A DNA stretch of 63,937 nucleotides, counting the filler, from Saprolegnia diclina VS20 (taxonomy: Eukaryota): the NCBI RefSeq assembly GCF_000281045.1. It is 13 parts of 9 records of this genome, joined end to end, with 100 filler letters (N's around TTAATTAATTAA, not from the genome) between each part and the next. Parts side by side here need not be neighbours in the genome. Positions count along the whole stretch, not along the records: positions 25,488 to 41,374 come from NW_008246252.1; positions 41,475 to 53,140 come from NW_008246253.1; 11 more parts are not named here. One strand, 5' to 3'. The position numbers were made by a program, and so were the translations under genes. Position 1 is the first letter of the stretch. The number at the start of each line of letters is the position of its first letter. Below the pieces are notes generated by a model. That model had not been told where the DNA came from. It was given only the letters and a program-made list of their open reading frames with translations, and made no database searches. This document shows, one piece after another, positions 35,508 through 48,361 of this stretch.

Positions 35508-36311
35508 GCCAAGATACGCACGGAAATAGTGTGAGCTAGGATCCCGCCGCGCTGCAATTCGCACCGACGGACTGCGCTCCTGGTTCGATATACTGTGTAA
35601 GCAAACGAACGCACGCAGTGAAGCCAGTGGCTGCCACGGCCAGCGACGCCGGCCGCTGTACATTGGCGCCATTTTCACTGCTCATGAGCGCACGAGCAAT
35701 TAAATTATTGTAGTGACATTATTTAAATATAATTGGTTATTGTCCATATTGTTGGGAAGGCCCGTCGACGAGCAACTCAACCAACGGGCTGAAGTGGGAG
35801 ATCACGCATGGGCCAACCTGTATGGTGGTTGCACTCCCGGCAAGGTCCAACCATCGGGACCCAAGGTCGTCGTCACCCATGCGCTTGTTATAACGCTATG
35901 ATTGACACACGTGAGGAAGAGGTCGCCCATAGCTGGCCAGCACCATCTTGAGGACACCGCCCGAGTTTCAACGTCCATGGCCTTGTCGTCGACGAGAAGC
36001 ATGGCCGACAAGAGTCGAGCGCCCAGTAACTCCTTGTACAGGGCAAAGCCACTGAGCTTGCTCTCATGGCGCCAAGGATTCACTGCTGCTGCGATCATTT
36101 GATTGGCTCGATCCCAAAAGTGATATTTGAACACTCAGATCGGATCACCAGCGTCTCTTCTCAACGCACTGGAACTGCGTCCACCGGCAGAAGACACGGC
36201 TGCGATGCATATAAAGGCACGTACTGCAACGATGCATATACGCTGTCGAGCACGAGGATCGAAGCGTGGACCAAGCGTAGACGGACACATGTGATTCGTG
36301 ACGCACAGATC

Positions 36312-38486
36312 TTAGGCGGTCGCGAGCCGCACTTGCTTTTCAATCTTTTTGCGGATCTTGTCCGTCTTGGACGACGTGTCGCGGGGTCGAATTGCCTACA
36401 AAAATCATCAACTGCTGTTATATGCTCGTTCGTTACGAGGTAGATGAGCGTGAGGAAGGCAAGCGCGAGCAAAATGTAGAGAAACACGTTTTTGGCCCAG
36501 AAGAACGTAAAGCCCTTCATGTACTTGAGCTGCACGCCCATCATGGCTACATCAATCGGTCATACTGACAATGTGTGCATCAATATTGTCGTACTCTGAA
36601 TGGTCGTCAAGCGCACATAGTCGCCAAATGCTTGGTTGGCGAACTGCACGCACGGGATGCAGCAGAGCAAGATGAGCCTACGTCGCATCTCAGACCTCAT
36701 AGGGCTGGTTGCTTGTTTATGTACGTGAGATTGAAAAGGAATGAGTTCATGTACGTGCCGTTGAACTCCATGGGGTGCAGCTACGCCAAGGTATCAATCT
36801 ATCAAGAATCGAGACTACGAGAGGAGACGTACCGCACAGCAAAAACAGCGCATGCCAAACTTGAAGCAGCCCTTGACGCAGCACGCGAGCAGGTAGAGCG
36901 TGAAGAGGCCGACCGAGATCGTGCCAAAGAGCGGGAACCACGAGTCGAACCAGAGAAAGTAGTTGTTGAGGAACGGCACAATCGGTACGCGCGGGAGCAT
37001 CGCGAGGATGATCTGGAGGACCCAGAGAAAGCTCACAATCGAGCAAAGGAAGCCGAGCACGAGCTTCCCGATGGGCACCAACGGGTTGTAGTTTTTGTAG
37101 TCTTCGTGGCAGAGTTTGAGCTCCTGGACGTCCTTCTCGAGCAAGTAGACGGCCTAGTCATATACGTTTATATACATAAAGAACCGAGGGAACTTGTACC
37201 TGTTTGAACTTGTTCATCATGAGCAAGTCTTGCCGCGCTTGCTTTTGACGCTCGCGCAGCGAGAGTTTCGAACCCGTGACCGTCTGCAGTCCACAGTGTC
37301 GCGACTTTTTCAAGAGAATTTGCGTACGAGCTGCTGCGCCTTGATTTCTTTGCCGACTTCCAAAAGCTCGAGCGACCGGATCTGGATGAGCATCTACACC
37401 AGATTCGCTTGATCTTTGTCGAATTTATACTTGGCAACCAACCTTTTGTTGCGCATAAATGTCGGCGGGCATGAAGCGCGGACGGTAAAAGAAGGCCCTA
37501 CGTGCAAATATCAAAGTTCTCAAACCGTCATGATCAAGATGGTACAGGATCAAGTCGAGCGGCAGCGCGATGAGACCGATCGCCACAAAGATCGTAAAGG
37601 CGAACCAGCCCACAAAGCTGAAGAGCGCCGTGATGTAGATGGGCACCGAGACCGCCACCGTCATGTTGGTCGCTTGGACCGGGTGCGTGAGCGCGGCGAG
37701 GCGCTCGTCCGAGCTAAGGACCGACCCGTCTACCAAGCATATATTGTCCCATTCGATTCACAACAATCAAGTGACAGACCGGTAAATGCATGAAAGCCAG
37801 AATACGCAGCGAGCGCTGACGGGACAACGATCGTCGAATGCGTCACGTTCGTCCCGTTGACGGACGTGATCGGGATCGAGCCGTTCGGAATCGAGCTCAT
37901 GACAATGGCATCGTACGGGATCGTCGACGTGGACGACGTGGAGTATGTGATTGCAATCACAATCGCGACGACAACGAGCGTCCCGACCTCCATCTTGAGC
38001 GCGTCGAGCCAGCGCGAGGCTGCTTTGGCGCCGTCCAAGTCGTCGTCGCCCTCGTAGTAGTAGATAGCAAACGGAAGGAGCAGGACGAGGAAGACGACGA
38101 TCGCCATAAACACGATGAGCCACAGCACCTCCATGTCGAGGTTGCCGCACGAGCCATTCCAGCCCGCGTCGCACCCAATGGCCGTCGAATTGTTGGCCTA
38201 CGCGTCGCCGTATATAGCTGCATGCAGCATCCTCGATAGGGACGTACGACGTCGAGTGGGAGGAGGAGGACGCACGCTTCGGCGAGGAGGAGGCCAAAGA
38301 TCTACGAAACATGCAATAAGAACTAGGAGCCGCGAGGTATGAACGGCGTACGACGAGGAGCTTGGGAAAGTACGCCGTGTTCTTATCGTCCGGATGCTGA
38401 AAGTAGACGAGGATGTAGACGTTGGCGGCGAGGAAGACGAAGCTCATGAGCACGACGACGACGATGAGGAACCAGTTGAGCGCCAT
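36312..38486 (-). CDS. LMBR1-domain (LIMR) membrane protein (multi-exon)
   Basis: YILVYFQHPDDKNTAYFPK, LLLPFAIYYYE, FSFVGWFAF..F..IGLIALPLDL, FFYRP and CCVKGCFKFGMR. Confidence 0.88.
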
Positions 38487-39027
38487 CTCGCTGCGGGTCC
38501 CGATGAATCTGCCAACTGAAGCCGGTCGTTGCTCGGCCAAAGGGGTTTCGAGATCCAAATCCAGCTTGAAACGGGTGAAGAATACGACGAAAATGAAGGG
38601 TTTTGGGACAGGTATCAAGGCCAACTCCCCAGCGTAAGAGGATCACAGCGCTCCAGGAAGGTCCCGACACGCTGCTGTTCTAACTGGCAAAGGATCATTT
38701 AAGAAGCAAGCTAATTAGTCGTAAGACCGTACTTAAACAGAACCAAATTCTTTAGTATTGGCTCTGTTTAACTTTGTTTTCAAAAGCCAATTAGTCGTTA
38801 AATTCATTTCAACGAGTCTGCGAGCATGAGGAAGATTATGTTGCATTTGCTACCACGAATTCTTGATTTCGAGTCGTTTGAATTCCGTGAATTAATCGAT
38901 CCCAGCGTATGTATATGTATCGGCAGGTACGAACAACAAAGGCTGCTGTACGTTTTACATTTTGGGAATTCCCTTTCCCTTGAAGCAAACTTTGGGGTTG
39001 GAAGTACGTGCCATTTTGTGTGATGCG

Positions 39028-39657
39028 TCATTTTGTCATCATCATGTTGACGTACTCTTCGTAGTTGACGAGCCCGTTCGAGTCGGGCTCGAGCTGTGCA
39101 AGAGCATCTCAGGCGGTGGGATAAGCGAGGCGTGCGCGTACCTGGCAGATGAGCTCCCGCGCCTGCTCTTCCGAGATCTTGTCGCTGCCATACGTCGTGA
39201 GCGCGCTCAGGAGCCGCTCGACGCGAATACACCCGGGCGTGCTCGGGTTCTCAAACAGCTAAATGCTCGCATTTGGTTGGGAAAGCTGCAAGAGGGGTGA
39301 GACCTTGAAGGACGCTTTGACTTGGTCGGCGCTGTACGTTGCGTTTACCTTGCGGCTCATGACGGCCACAAACTCTGTGGAGAATAAGACGACCATAAGC
39401 CACACGAACGCACCGTCAAAGTCGATCTCGCCGTTGCTGTCTTGGTCGATCTCGTTGATCATGAGGTCGATCTCTTCCGGTGACGTGTTGATGCCGAGAG
39501 TGTCCATGAGCTCGCCGAGCTCCACCTTGGTGATGGACCCGCCACGATCCTACTCGGTTCTTAGCGCCAGTAGCAATCAGATGCCCTCTACGCGGTCGAC
39601 GAGGTTGAAGATCTCACGGAACTCGGCGATCTCCGTCTCGGTCAGGTCCTGCGTCAT
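39028..39657 (-). CDS. Calmodulin-like EF-hand protein (multi-exon)
   Basis: LTETEIAEFREIFNLVD|DRGGSITKVELGELM, DQDSNGEIDFD|EFVAVMSRK and DSNGLVNYEEYVNMM. Confidence 0.9.
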
Positions 39658-39755
39658 GTTTGCACCAAAGGCAATGTGAAACGACCAATCACACACCGCC
39701 AGTGTCGCGATCCGGCCAATCACCGCGCTGCAAAGCAATCTTTCGAAAGGGTGCG

Positions 39756-41006
39756 ATGGGCCGAACTCTCAGCGCCGGCCCGCCCACGACGGTGAGCAAG
39801 AACACAGTCCAGGGCTTTGTCGTGCCCATCAAGCACAGCAGCAATGTAAGTGCGGTCATCGCCGACCTCCAGACGCAACGCGCTTTGCGACGGGCCACCC
39901 ACATCTCGTACGCGTACCGCGTCATCGAGATGGCCGACGACGCGTCCGACATGGCGTCGCGCGCCGTGGCCGAGCTCTACGACGTGGTTGAAGGCGCGCA
40001 CGACGGTGGCATGTTTGGCGCTGGCGACAAACTGCTGTACGTGCTGCAGCGCTGGGATGTACACAATGTCGTCTTGGTCGTGAGTCGCATCGACGCCTCG
40101 TACTCGGGGCAGCTCCTCGGTGCCAACACGTACAAGCTGCTCGTCGAGAGCGCCAAGCAAGCCCTCGAACAGTTTGCCGTCGACTCGCTCGAGGTAGTGC
40201 CATGCACATACGCAGCGAAACCTTGACGAGGACGCACAACGTAGCCGGCCGAGGCCGCCAAGCTCGCGATGTCCGAGCTCCCGCCGCAGCTCCCGCCGGC
40301 CAAGATGGAAGCGACCAAGACCACTATCGCGTACGAAGGCGGCGCGTATATGGTCGACGGCGTCGTGCAAGGCACCAAGCAAGGGCGGATCAACCACTTT
40401 CTCGCGGATCGAAGCTCCAACCAGAGCCAGGACGCCAAGCACGAGACGCTTCGGAGCCTCGATGCGCTCGGGATTTCAAAAGACGAGCTCAATTTACTGC
40501 GCGCCGTTCGGTCGCCGTCCAAAGAGCTCCACACTGTATTGGTGTGCGTCGCGCTCTTGCTGCACGTCAAGGACGTCACGTGGACCGGCTGTCGCGATAT
40601 GCTGCACGCGCCGAGCTTCTGTGCCAAGGTCCTCCGCGTCACGCCCGAGAAACTCACGTCGCGCCAAGTCCACTGCGTGCACGCGGTGCTCTCGGACGCC
40701 GACTTGGTGCCCGACGTTGTTCGCCGCGCGTCGACGACCGGGGCTGCGCTCCTCGCGTGGGTGCAAAGCCTCCTCGACAAGTACGACGAAGCGCACTTGG
40801 GCTTGTCGCTCGGCGCCGTGCCCGCACAGCCCACCGCGCGCATGGACGACACGCTCTTAGAGATGGCGGTGCGCCTCGAGCCTCCGTCGCGGCCGCCGCC
40901 CCCCGAAGCGCACTCGGTGATTCCGACCGACTTGTTTGCACCAGCAAAGCCGCCCAAGATAATCGACCACGGCCGCCTCATCAAGCAGCCCAAGATGCCA
41001 AAGTAG
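39756..41006 (+). CDS. IMPACT/YigZ-like domain fused to a dynein stalk microtubule-binding-like domain (intron 40194-40244)
   Basis: Exon 1 has RATHISYAYR, HDGGMFGAGDKLLYVL and NVVLVVSR..SGQLLG. Exon 2 has LRAVRSPSKELHTVLVCVALLL..TWTGCRDML...PDVVRRASTTGAALLAWV. A phase-0 GT-AG intron joins them in frame. Confidence 0.7.
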
Positions 41007-41965
41007 GAGCGACGTAGGATGCAGTTCCCGGTCCGAGAGGTGCATTAGTTGCTATGTCCGCTGAACCACAAGGAGTAGAGTGCATGTCGTTTAGTCGGTC
41101 ATCGTAACAGCAGTCGCGCTAGAGCCCAAGGGAACACAGCCAAGGGATATGCTAGAAGAAGAAGAAGTAACCCCTGCTCCTTCTATTAGCTAGAAGCCGA
41201 CGATGCGTCGCACGCGTAATGCGGGTGTGTGATGCTGGTCGGGTGTCGACGCTAAATCAAGTCCTAGTACTCTACTTAGTACAGTGCGGGCAACATTTAT
41301 AGCCCCACCGTGTACGGCATGTTACAGACATTATTATCCGATAAAATTTTGTGAACATGTTGTTCAATATTGTGNNNNNNNNNNNNNNNNNNNNNNNNNN
41401 NNNNNNNNNNNNNNNNNNTTAATTAATTAANNNNNNNNNNNNNNNNNNNNNNNNNNNNNNNNNNNNNNNNNNNNTTCATACTGTCCAAGGACCTCGCGGC
41501 GACGCGTGGCCACTTGAGGTCAGTGCGCAAGCCAAGGTGACCGCGGCAAACTGACGCGCGACACCGCTAGGACCTTTCGTACACACAAGCTCAGGCTTGT
41601 GGACGCTCACAAATGTTGACGAATGTCACCGAGCTGACGACAGCTTGGTGCATTGCAGCATAGAAATACCAAGATATGACGTGGCAGCTCCTCGAGTCGG
41701 CGGTCCCACCTGGCGCCGTTTCATTGGCCATAACCTGAACGCCGATGGCGCATCCCCACAGCACGCCCAAGCGATGAAAACCACCGGCGTCGACTTGCAT
41801 GCAATGCATGCAAGCAATCATGTATGCGCGCCCGCGCAGTAGTCGTCGTAGGGTCCAAAACCTCTGAGATCCGATCCAACCCCAGGATTCGAGAAGCTTC
41901 GGCCGATATCCAATCTGAGAGGTTTCGACAGGCGACCGTTGACGCCGGGAGCCATTTTCAGCATC

Positions 41966-43192
41966 ATGGCCGAGGAAGCCAAGCTCCGCGGGAACCGGTT
42001 CTTCACGGCCGGCCAGTACCAGGAGGCCGCCGACGCCTTCACCGAGGCCATTGGCCTCGAGCCCTCGAACGCTATCTTCTACTCGTACGTAGCGGCGTGA
42101 CATCATGCTGAGGCTCATGCACATGGCAGGAACCGATCGGGCGCGTACCTCAAGCTCAACCGCGGGCCGGACGCAATTGCGGATGCGAAAAAGTGCATTG
42201 AGCTCCGGCCCGAGTGGCCCAAGGGCTACTCGCGTCTCGGGACGGCGCTCTTTTACGTCAAGAAGTACGCCGAGGCCAAGGCGGCGTACGAGCGCGGCCT
42301 CGCCAAGGACCCGAACGACGCCAACCTCCTCGACGGCCTTCGCAACACCAAGGCGCAGCTGCCGGACGCGATCTCGCTCCAGGAGCTCACGATGGCGTCG
42401 CCGCACGCCAAGTTTCGCACGTTCCAGTTTGGCCTTCGGTGCCTCATGGCCGCGTCCTTCGTGCTCTACTGGACGGCATGGGGCAGCGCGTCGACGGCTG
42501 CGTTTGCGTTTGCGACGTTCTTCAAGCTCGGCGCTGCCAACTATGCGAGCTTCCTCGCGTGGAACCACGGTAAGCCGCAGATGAACGCGGCCTACGCGCA
42601 GCGCGTCGTGACGGACCCGACGACGCAGGCGCTCATGTTTTGTCTCCTCTTCTGGTTCTCGAGCCCGTACTCGATCGCGCTGCTGCCGATCGCGCTCAAC
42701 GAAGGCGTGCACTTTGCGTCCTTTGCTGGCTCGCTCTTTCTCTCTCTCGGGTCGTCGGTCGGCGCGACGTGCTTTGCGCTGCTTGACCCGATCATGCCCT
42801 ACTACCTCGGACCGCAGACCGCGTGGCACACGCTCAACAACCACGGCAAGTGGGCTGCGCTCTACCACCGCACGCCGCAGGTGGTGGCGAATCTGGACGT
42901 GGGCATTGGTCTCTGCCTCATCCTCGAGCTGCTCACGCCCGCGCGCAACTTTATGCTGCTGCTCATCTACTGGCAGCTCCTGCGCATCCGCTACATGATC
43001 TCGCCGCAGCTCAAGAACGCGTTCAGCCAACTGGACACGACGCTTTCGGCGCTCGTGCTCCACCCGCGCGCGCCGACGCTCCTCGCGACCGGCTACGCGA
43101 AGCTCAAGGACCTCATGGCCAACATGGTCAAGATGCCGACGCCCGAAGAGGCCCAGCAGGCGTCGGCGATGCCCAAGTGCTCGATCATGTAG
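41966..43192 (+). CDS. TPR (STI1/SGT-type) + TMEM33/Pom33-like membrane protein (intron ~42086-42130)
   Basis: KLRGNRFF..GQYQEA, FYS|NRSGAY, PEWPKGYSRLG; then a hydrophobic region with IYWQLLRIRYMISPQLKNAF. Confidence 0.75.
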
Positions 43193-43530
43193 CTATCACT
43201 AGAAATCCATCGTCTTCTCTACCGGAAACGCCACATCATCATCCCACATTACGCTCCATTCCAGTGGACCAGCTCCTCCTTGATGTGATGCTAGACAAGT
43301 GTCAAAGCACAGGCAAAGCATCGATCAAAGCGATCGTCATGCAGCAGATTCTCCCGCTTTGCCAGCACATGCAGACAGGTACCGTGTGCGTTCACCAAGT
43401 CGCTGCGACCTTGGCATCAACAGCGTGCTGGACCCTCGCTCCTTGGACTCTGTTTCGGCGCCGCCTTGAGGGTATGGGGTTAAAGGAGTTTCCGTTCAAG
43501 CGTCGACGGATCGTAGTTGAAACGGCAAAC

Positions 43531-46304
43531 ATGCGGCGGGCCGACAACAGCGGTCTTGAGCTCCCGACCGCCAACGACGTCGACGACCCAACGTCGGAGG
43601 TCGTCGAGAAGCCGCCGCCGATGCACGCGCGCTGGCTCTACCGCCTTGACGCGTTCATCTCGCGCAACGACGGCCAAGCCATCGTGCTTGTGACGCTCTG
43701 CATCCTCTTTGCGTGCAGCCTCGCGCCGTTCGTCGTCTGGACGAGCGGCTTTAGCTACGCCAACGCAGCCTGGCGGGTGTGGACGTACATGGCCGACACG
43801 GGCTCGCAAAACGAAGCGGTCGAGTGGGTACGTCGAGGCTTCTCTTGGCGGTCTCACCCAGCAACATATGTATGGTCCAAGTAGCCCGAGCGCGCCGTTG
43901 CGCTCTGTGCGACCTTGCTCGGCTTTGCTTACTTTGCCGTCGTCGTCGGCTTCGTCGTCGACGCGATCCGAGAGAAAATGGAAGTCCTCAAAGAAGGCCG
44001 ATCTCAAGTCGTCGAGTTGGGCCACACGGTGCGTCTCTTGTCCATCTTTCTATCTCAATCATATGACGATATTGGACACAATACTACGATGATTAGCTCA
44101 TGCTCGGGTGGTCGGACAAGTCGCTGTCCTTCTTGAAAGAAATCTGCAACGCCAACGAGAGCGAAGGCGGTGGCACGGTTGTCGTGCTCGCCGAAGACCA
44201 CAAGGAGGAGCTCGAAGCGCTCATCGACACCCAAGTCGGTCGCAAGGCTTGATACCTAAAAGTCGTCATGTGCATATTTGACGTAGTTGACCAAGCGGCT
44301 TGGCACGCGCATCATCATTCGCCATGGGAGTCCGCTCATCATGGCCGACTTGCTCCGCGTCGGGGCGCCCCATGCGCGAAGCATCTGCGTCATGTCGACT
44401 GATGCAGATGCCAACAAGTCGGATTCGAACCTGCTGCGCGTCATCTTGACGTTGCACAACTTGCCTCAAGTACGCGAATATGCCAGACTGGTCCAACGAA
44501 GTTATGACAATATTGTGGTCTGTAGCTGACTGGGCACATTGTCGTCGACATGTGCGACGGTGACAACGAATCGCTGCTCGAGCTCGTGGGTGGCAGCGTG
44601 CTCGAGACGGTCGCGTCCCACGACATCATTGGCGAAATGATCGTCATGTGCAGCCGGTCGCCGGGCTTGGCCAACGGTAGTTCACTTCATCAACCTATTT
44701 GGTTTACACAGAAATGGACAATATGTCTGCTAGTCTACGCCAGCCTCCTCGGGTTTGGCGGCAATGAATTTTACATTGAAAAATGGCCCGAGTGTGACGG
44801 CATACCCTTTGGCGAGCTCCATGCGCGCTTTCTCGATGCGATTCCAATTGGCATTCAAGAAGTGAGTGGCCGTGTCGTCATCAAGCCCGCCAAGAACCGT
44901 CCAATGGCGCCCGGCGAAGGCGTCCTCGTGCTCGCCGAAGACAACGACTCGTACAAGGCCGCGCTTCCCGTGCCCATTGACATGGGGGTGCCGCTCCTGC
45001 TCGAGCGACCGCGGACGTTGCCTCAGCGCATTTTGATTGCGGGTTGGCGCCGCGACATTCGCAACATGCTGCGGCTCCTCGACAAGCTCAGCGTCGCCGG
45101 TACAACGTGTCAACATCAAGAGGTTTTTGAAAAGGACGATGTAGGCACGGTCGTCGTGCTCATGAACGACACGCCGGTCGCCGAGCGCAACGCGACCTTC
45201 TTGGACGAAGGGTTCAACGTCGATAGTCTCACCAACATCTCAGTCCAGCACCACGTGGGCAACCCCGCGGTGCGGCGCCACGTCAATACGCTCGACTTGG
45301 CGGAATTTGACGCGTACATGGTCGTCGCCGACATGAACCGCGAAGTCAACATTCTCGACTCGGACTCGCACGTGCTTGCGGCGGTCCTTACGATCCGGAG
45401 CTGCGAAGACGAGCAACTGGACAAGAAGGGCCAGCAGTACCTCGCCAAGAGCGTGGTCCAAGGCGTACGTTGGCGCGGTATATTTTGCATTCAAAATGGC
45501 CAGGTAGGTGCGCGCGCTGGCACCGCGGCACTTTACGCCGTGCATCGCCGAGGTCCTCGACCCGCGCACACAGCGAACGATCGACTCGAACGACCGCGTC
45601 CAGCACAGCAGCGACTTTATCCAGTCCAACCACCTCGTACGGATACGATAGCGTCTTGCTCGATCGTTGCCAACGAGGGAGTAGGTCTCGCAGATGATTG
45701 CGATGGTGTCCGAGAACCGTCTGGTTAAGGGCATACTGGCCGAGCTCTTGGGCGACCGCGGCGCTTCGTTTGACGTCGTCCCGTCCAAGAGGTCCCTCCG
45801 TGGCTCGGGTAGAAAGGGTACCTGAATGTTGGGATGCGTAGATTTTGCCGCCGGCAAGAGACTCTGAGTTTGTTTCAAATCGCTCAGCGCGCGCTCACGG
45901 TCGCGGACGAAATTGTGTGTGGCTACCGCAATACGGCCGGGACGCAGACCTTTGTGCTCAACCCGCCGCACAAGACGTGGGTCCAGACGTGGGACGAGTA
46001 CGAGTTCATCGTCTTGCGCGGCAACGACCGTCAGCGCCAGATCGACGTGGCGACGCGCGTCACAAATACCTTGACGCACCATTTGCGGCGGTCGCGCTTC
46101 CGTGATTTCATGCGCCAGCACTCGTTTGAAGAAAAGAAGCCGCCGCCGACGAGCACCGAAGCGCCCAAGCAGGTCGCCTTCAAGAGAACCCTCGTCGCGA
46201 GCCGCCTCTACGATCTTTGGGCCATGACCGAAGAGCTCTCGACGATGGTGCGCGACGGAGTGTTACCAGACGACGTCTCGCGCGAACTCATCACCGAGTA
46301 TTAG
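43531..46304 (+). CDS. CASTOR/POLLUX/DMI1-like cation channel with RCK domains (multi-exon)
   Basis: WTYMADTGSQ filter region, LKEGRSQVVELGHT|LMLGWSDK, ANESEGGGTVVVLA, GSPLIMADL.RV.A..AR and LLGFGGNEFY. Confidence 0.88.
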
Positions 46305-46825
46305 CACTTTCTTCTCGACATATATTGCATTGGAGTTACTCTACTAGCATGCCACTTGAAGTTGACACATAACCTAGCCGCTAGCAAGGGTCAATAAACA
46401 GGTTACTGTTTATTAAACCTTGCCGCTAAGGACTGCATCGTCATTCATGGCGCCGTGGCCTCCGCCGCTCGGCGCCACGTCGGAGTGTATCCGTGTCGTT
46501 GCACAGCGTCCGTAGCTGTGCAAGAAGGCCTGCAGGAGGTTTTCGAGGCAAGGTTGCCGCGAGGGGCTGCTTCGTATTCCATTCAAATCGAAGATTCCCG
46601 CATTATTGTCGAGGTGGAAGCTTTAATACATTTTATCCCGATGTGCTGGTGAAGTGGCACTGGTGAAGTGGGCCAATTCTTTGGCGGATGGGTTGGCGTC
46701 AGAAACTAAGTCGCTGCAGCATGGCTTTGGTATAGGCCTTGATATGCTTGGACGCATCCCATTGGCCATTGGATGTTGGGAAGGATCTGTCATTGGCCCA
46801 TTCTGCCCTGTCACGCGGGAAAGCG

Positions 46826-48285
46826 ATGCGCCGCGCACACTACCTCGAGGCGATTATGGCGCTCCTTATCGTGGCCCACGAGGCGGGTACGTCGTCGACG
46901 GCGTTGCGAACAGTGCTCAAATACAGCGCTTGACATGGATAGGTGCGGCTAGCTCGCTCGGAACGCTGCTTGGCTGCACATCTCGGCACGTCGACTGCTG
47001 CCTCTGGACCGGCCCTGACGGCAGCGCGGTCTCGTCACGACGGTTGCTTCAAGATCTGGAGGCGGCGCATCCACAACTCTTCCAGCAGGACCGAGCGCTT
47101 GATCACATGCAGTCGGTCGCGTCCAATTACCAGGGTACGCCACCATTTTCCCGTCCATCCACCTCAAGGATACGAGATCTAGCTTCGGGTCGCGTACCAT
47201 ACCGAACCGGTCTCTCGGTACGGCACCTCAGCGTTGGTCGGCGTCTTGACGCAGCACCTTGGACACCTGATTCCATTCAACGTATACCTCGACGCCTCGA
47301 GCACCTGGCACCGCTGCATTGGTGCAAGCCGAATATGAATCCGCTCCAGAAGAACGTGTGCAGCACCATCAAGTCGCAACACGCGTGCGGCAGCTGCTGG
47401 GCGTTTGCGTCGGCGACCGCCATCGAGACGTCGGCGGCGATGCGCGCGCATTCCGTGCCCAAGCTCTCGGTGCAAGAGCTATTGGACAGCAGCCGCGGCA
47501 ACATCTCGGCGACGATGAACTACTGCTGGCTCACGCCCGAGCGCTCGGCCGCCGCGCCCTGGCTAGTCCCTCGTCTCGTGTGGCGAGCGCGCAACGATGG
47601 CTGTGCCGGCGGTATGCCGTTCGGTGCCTTCGATTACGCCACGACGCACGGCATCTCGACCGAGTTTCATTGGCCGTACACCAGCGCTGCCACCCCCAGC
47701 GTCGGCGGCAGCAGCGCCCCCGTTGTCAAAGTGCAAAGCTGGACGCAAGCCATGGGCCGCGATTGCAACTCGAGTGCCGACCCAATCGTGATGCTGCAAA
47801 GAGCGTTGCGGACGCAGCCATTGGCCGTCATCATTGTGTCGTCGGGCGGCTTTGAGGCGTACAAGGGCGGCATCTACGTGTGCCCGAACAACGGAACGAT
47901 CGCGTCGTCGAAAACGGTCGACCACGCGCTTCTTCTCGTCGGGTACGACTACGACCCGAATCTAGGTTTGTACTGGATTTTGCAAAACTCGTACGGCGTG
48001 GACTGGGGCGAGGCCGGCTACATGCGCCTTCTCGCCGACGACAAGCTCAACTGCGGCTTGAACCTCATGCCGTTGGCTGTGACCGCAGACGTTTTGCAGG
48101 TTCCCGACGAGCATGTCGATAGCAACGGTGTCGTTTGGAGCTTTTTAAGCCTCGATGCCGCGGCCTGGGTCGCCTCGCTTGTCGCAGTCGCCGTCCTGAC
48201 GCTGCTGGCTACCATCGCTGGCGTCCTTCGATCGCGACGACCCGCCAAGGCGCACAAGAGTTTGGGCGAGCATTTAGTCTTGTAA
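46826..48285 (+). CDS. Papain-family (C1A) cysteine protease with C-terminal TM helix
   Basis: QHACGSCWAF, DGCAGG, VDHALLLVGY and YWILQNSYGVDWGEAGY; hydrophobic N-terminus; TM AWVASLVAVAVLTLLATIAGVL followed by basic residues. Confidence 0.9.
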
Positions 48286-48361
48286 TTTTGATGTTCAAAA
48301 ATATAGTAACTTGTACGTATATATGATCAGCACATATGCAGTGGTGTAGCAGGAGGAGCTA

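Noticed and set aside
35802..36134. ORF as a possible final LMBR1 exon
   Set aside because: A plausible spliced stop occurs earlier at 36312-36314
41100..41170. (GAA)4 tract as a possible retroelement tail
   Set aside because: No TSD or second copy in the window
41591..43063. 490-aa minus-strand ORF, and similar long ORFs at 28019-29317, 42823-43884 and 63155-63937
   Set aside because: Antisense or out-of-frame shadows of GC3-rich real genes; no domain motifs of their own
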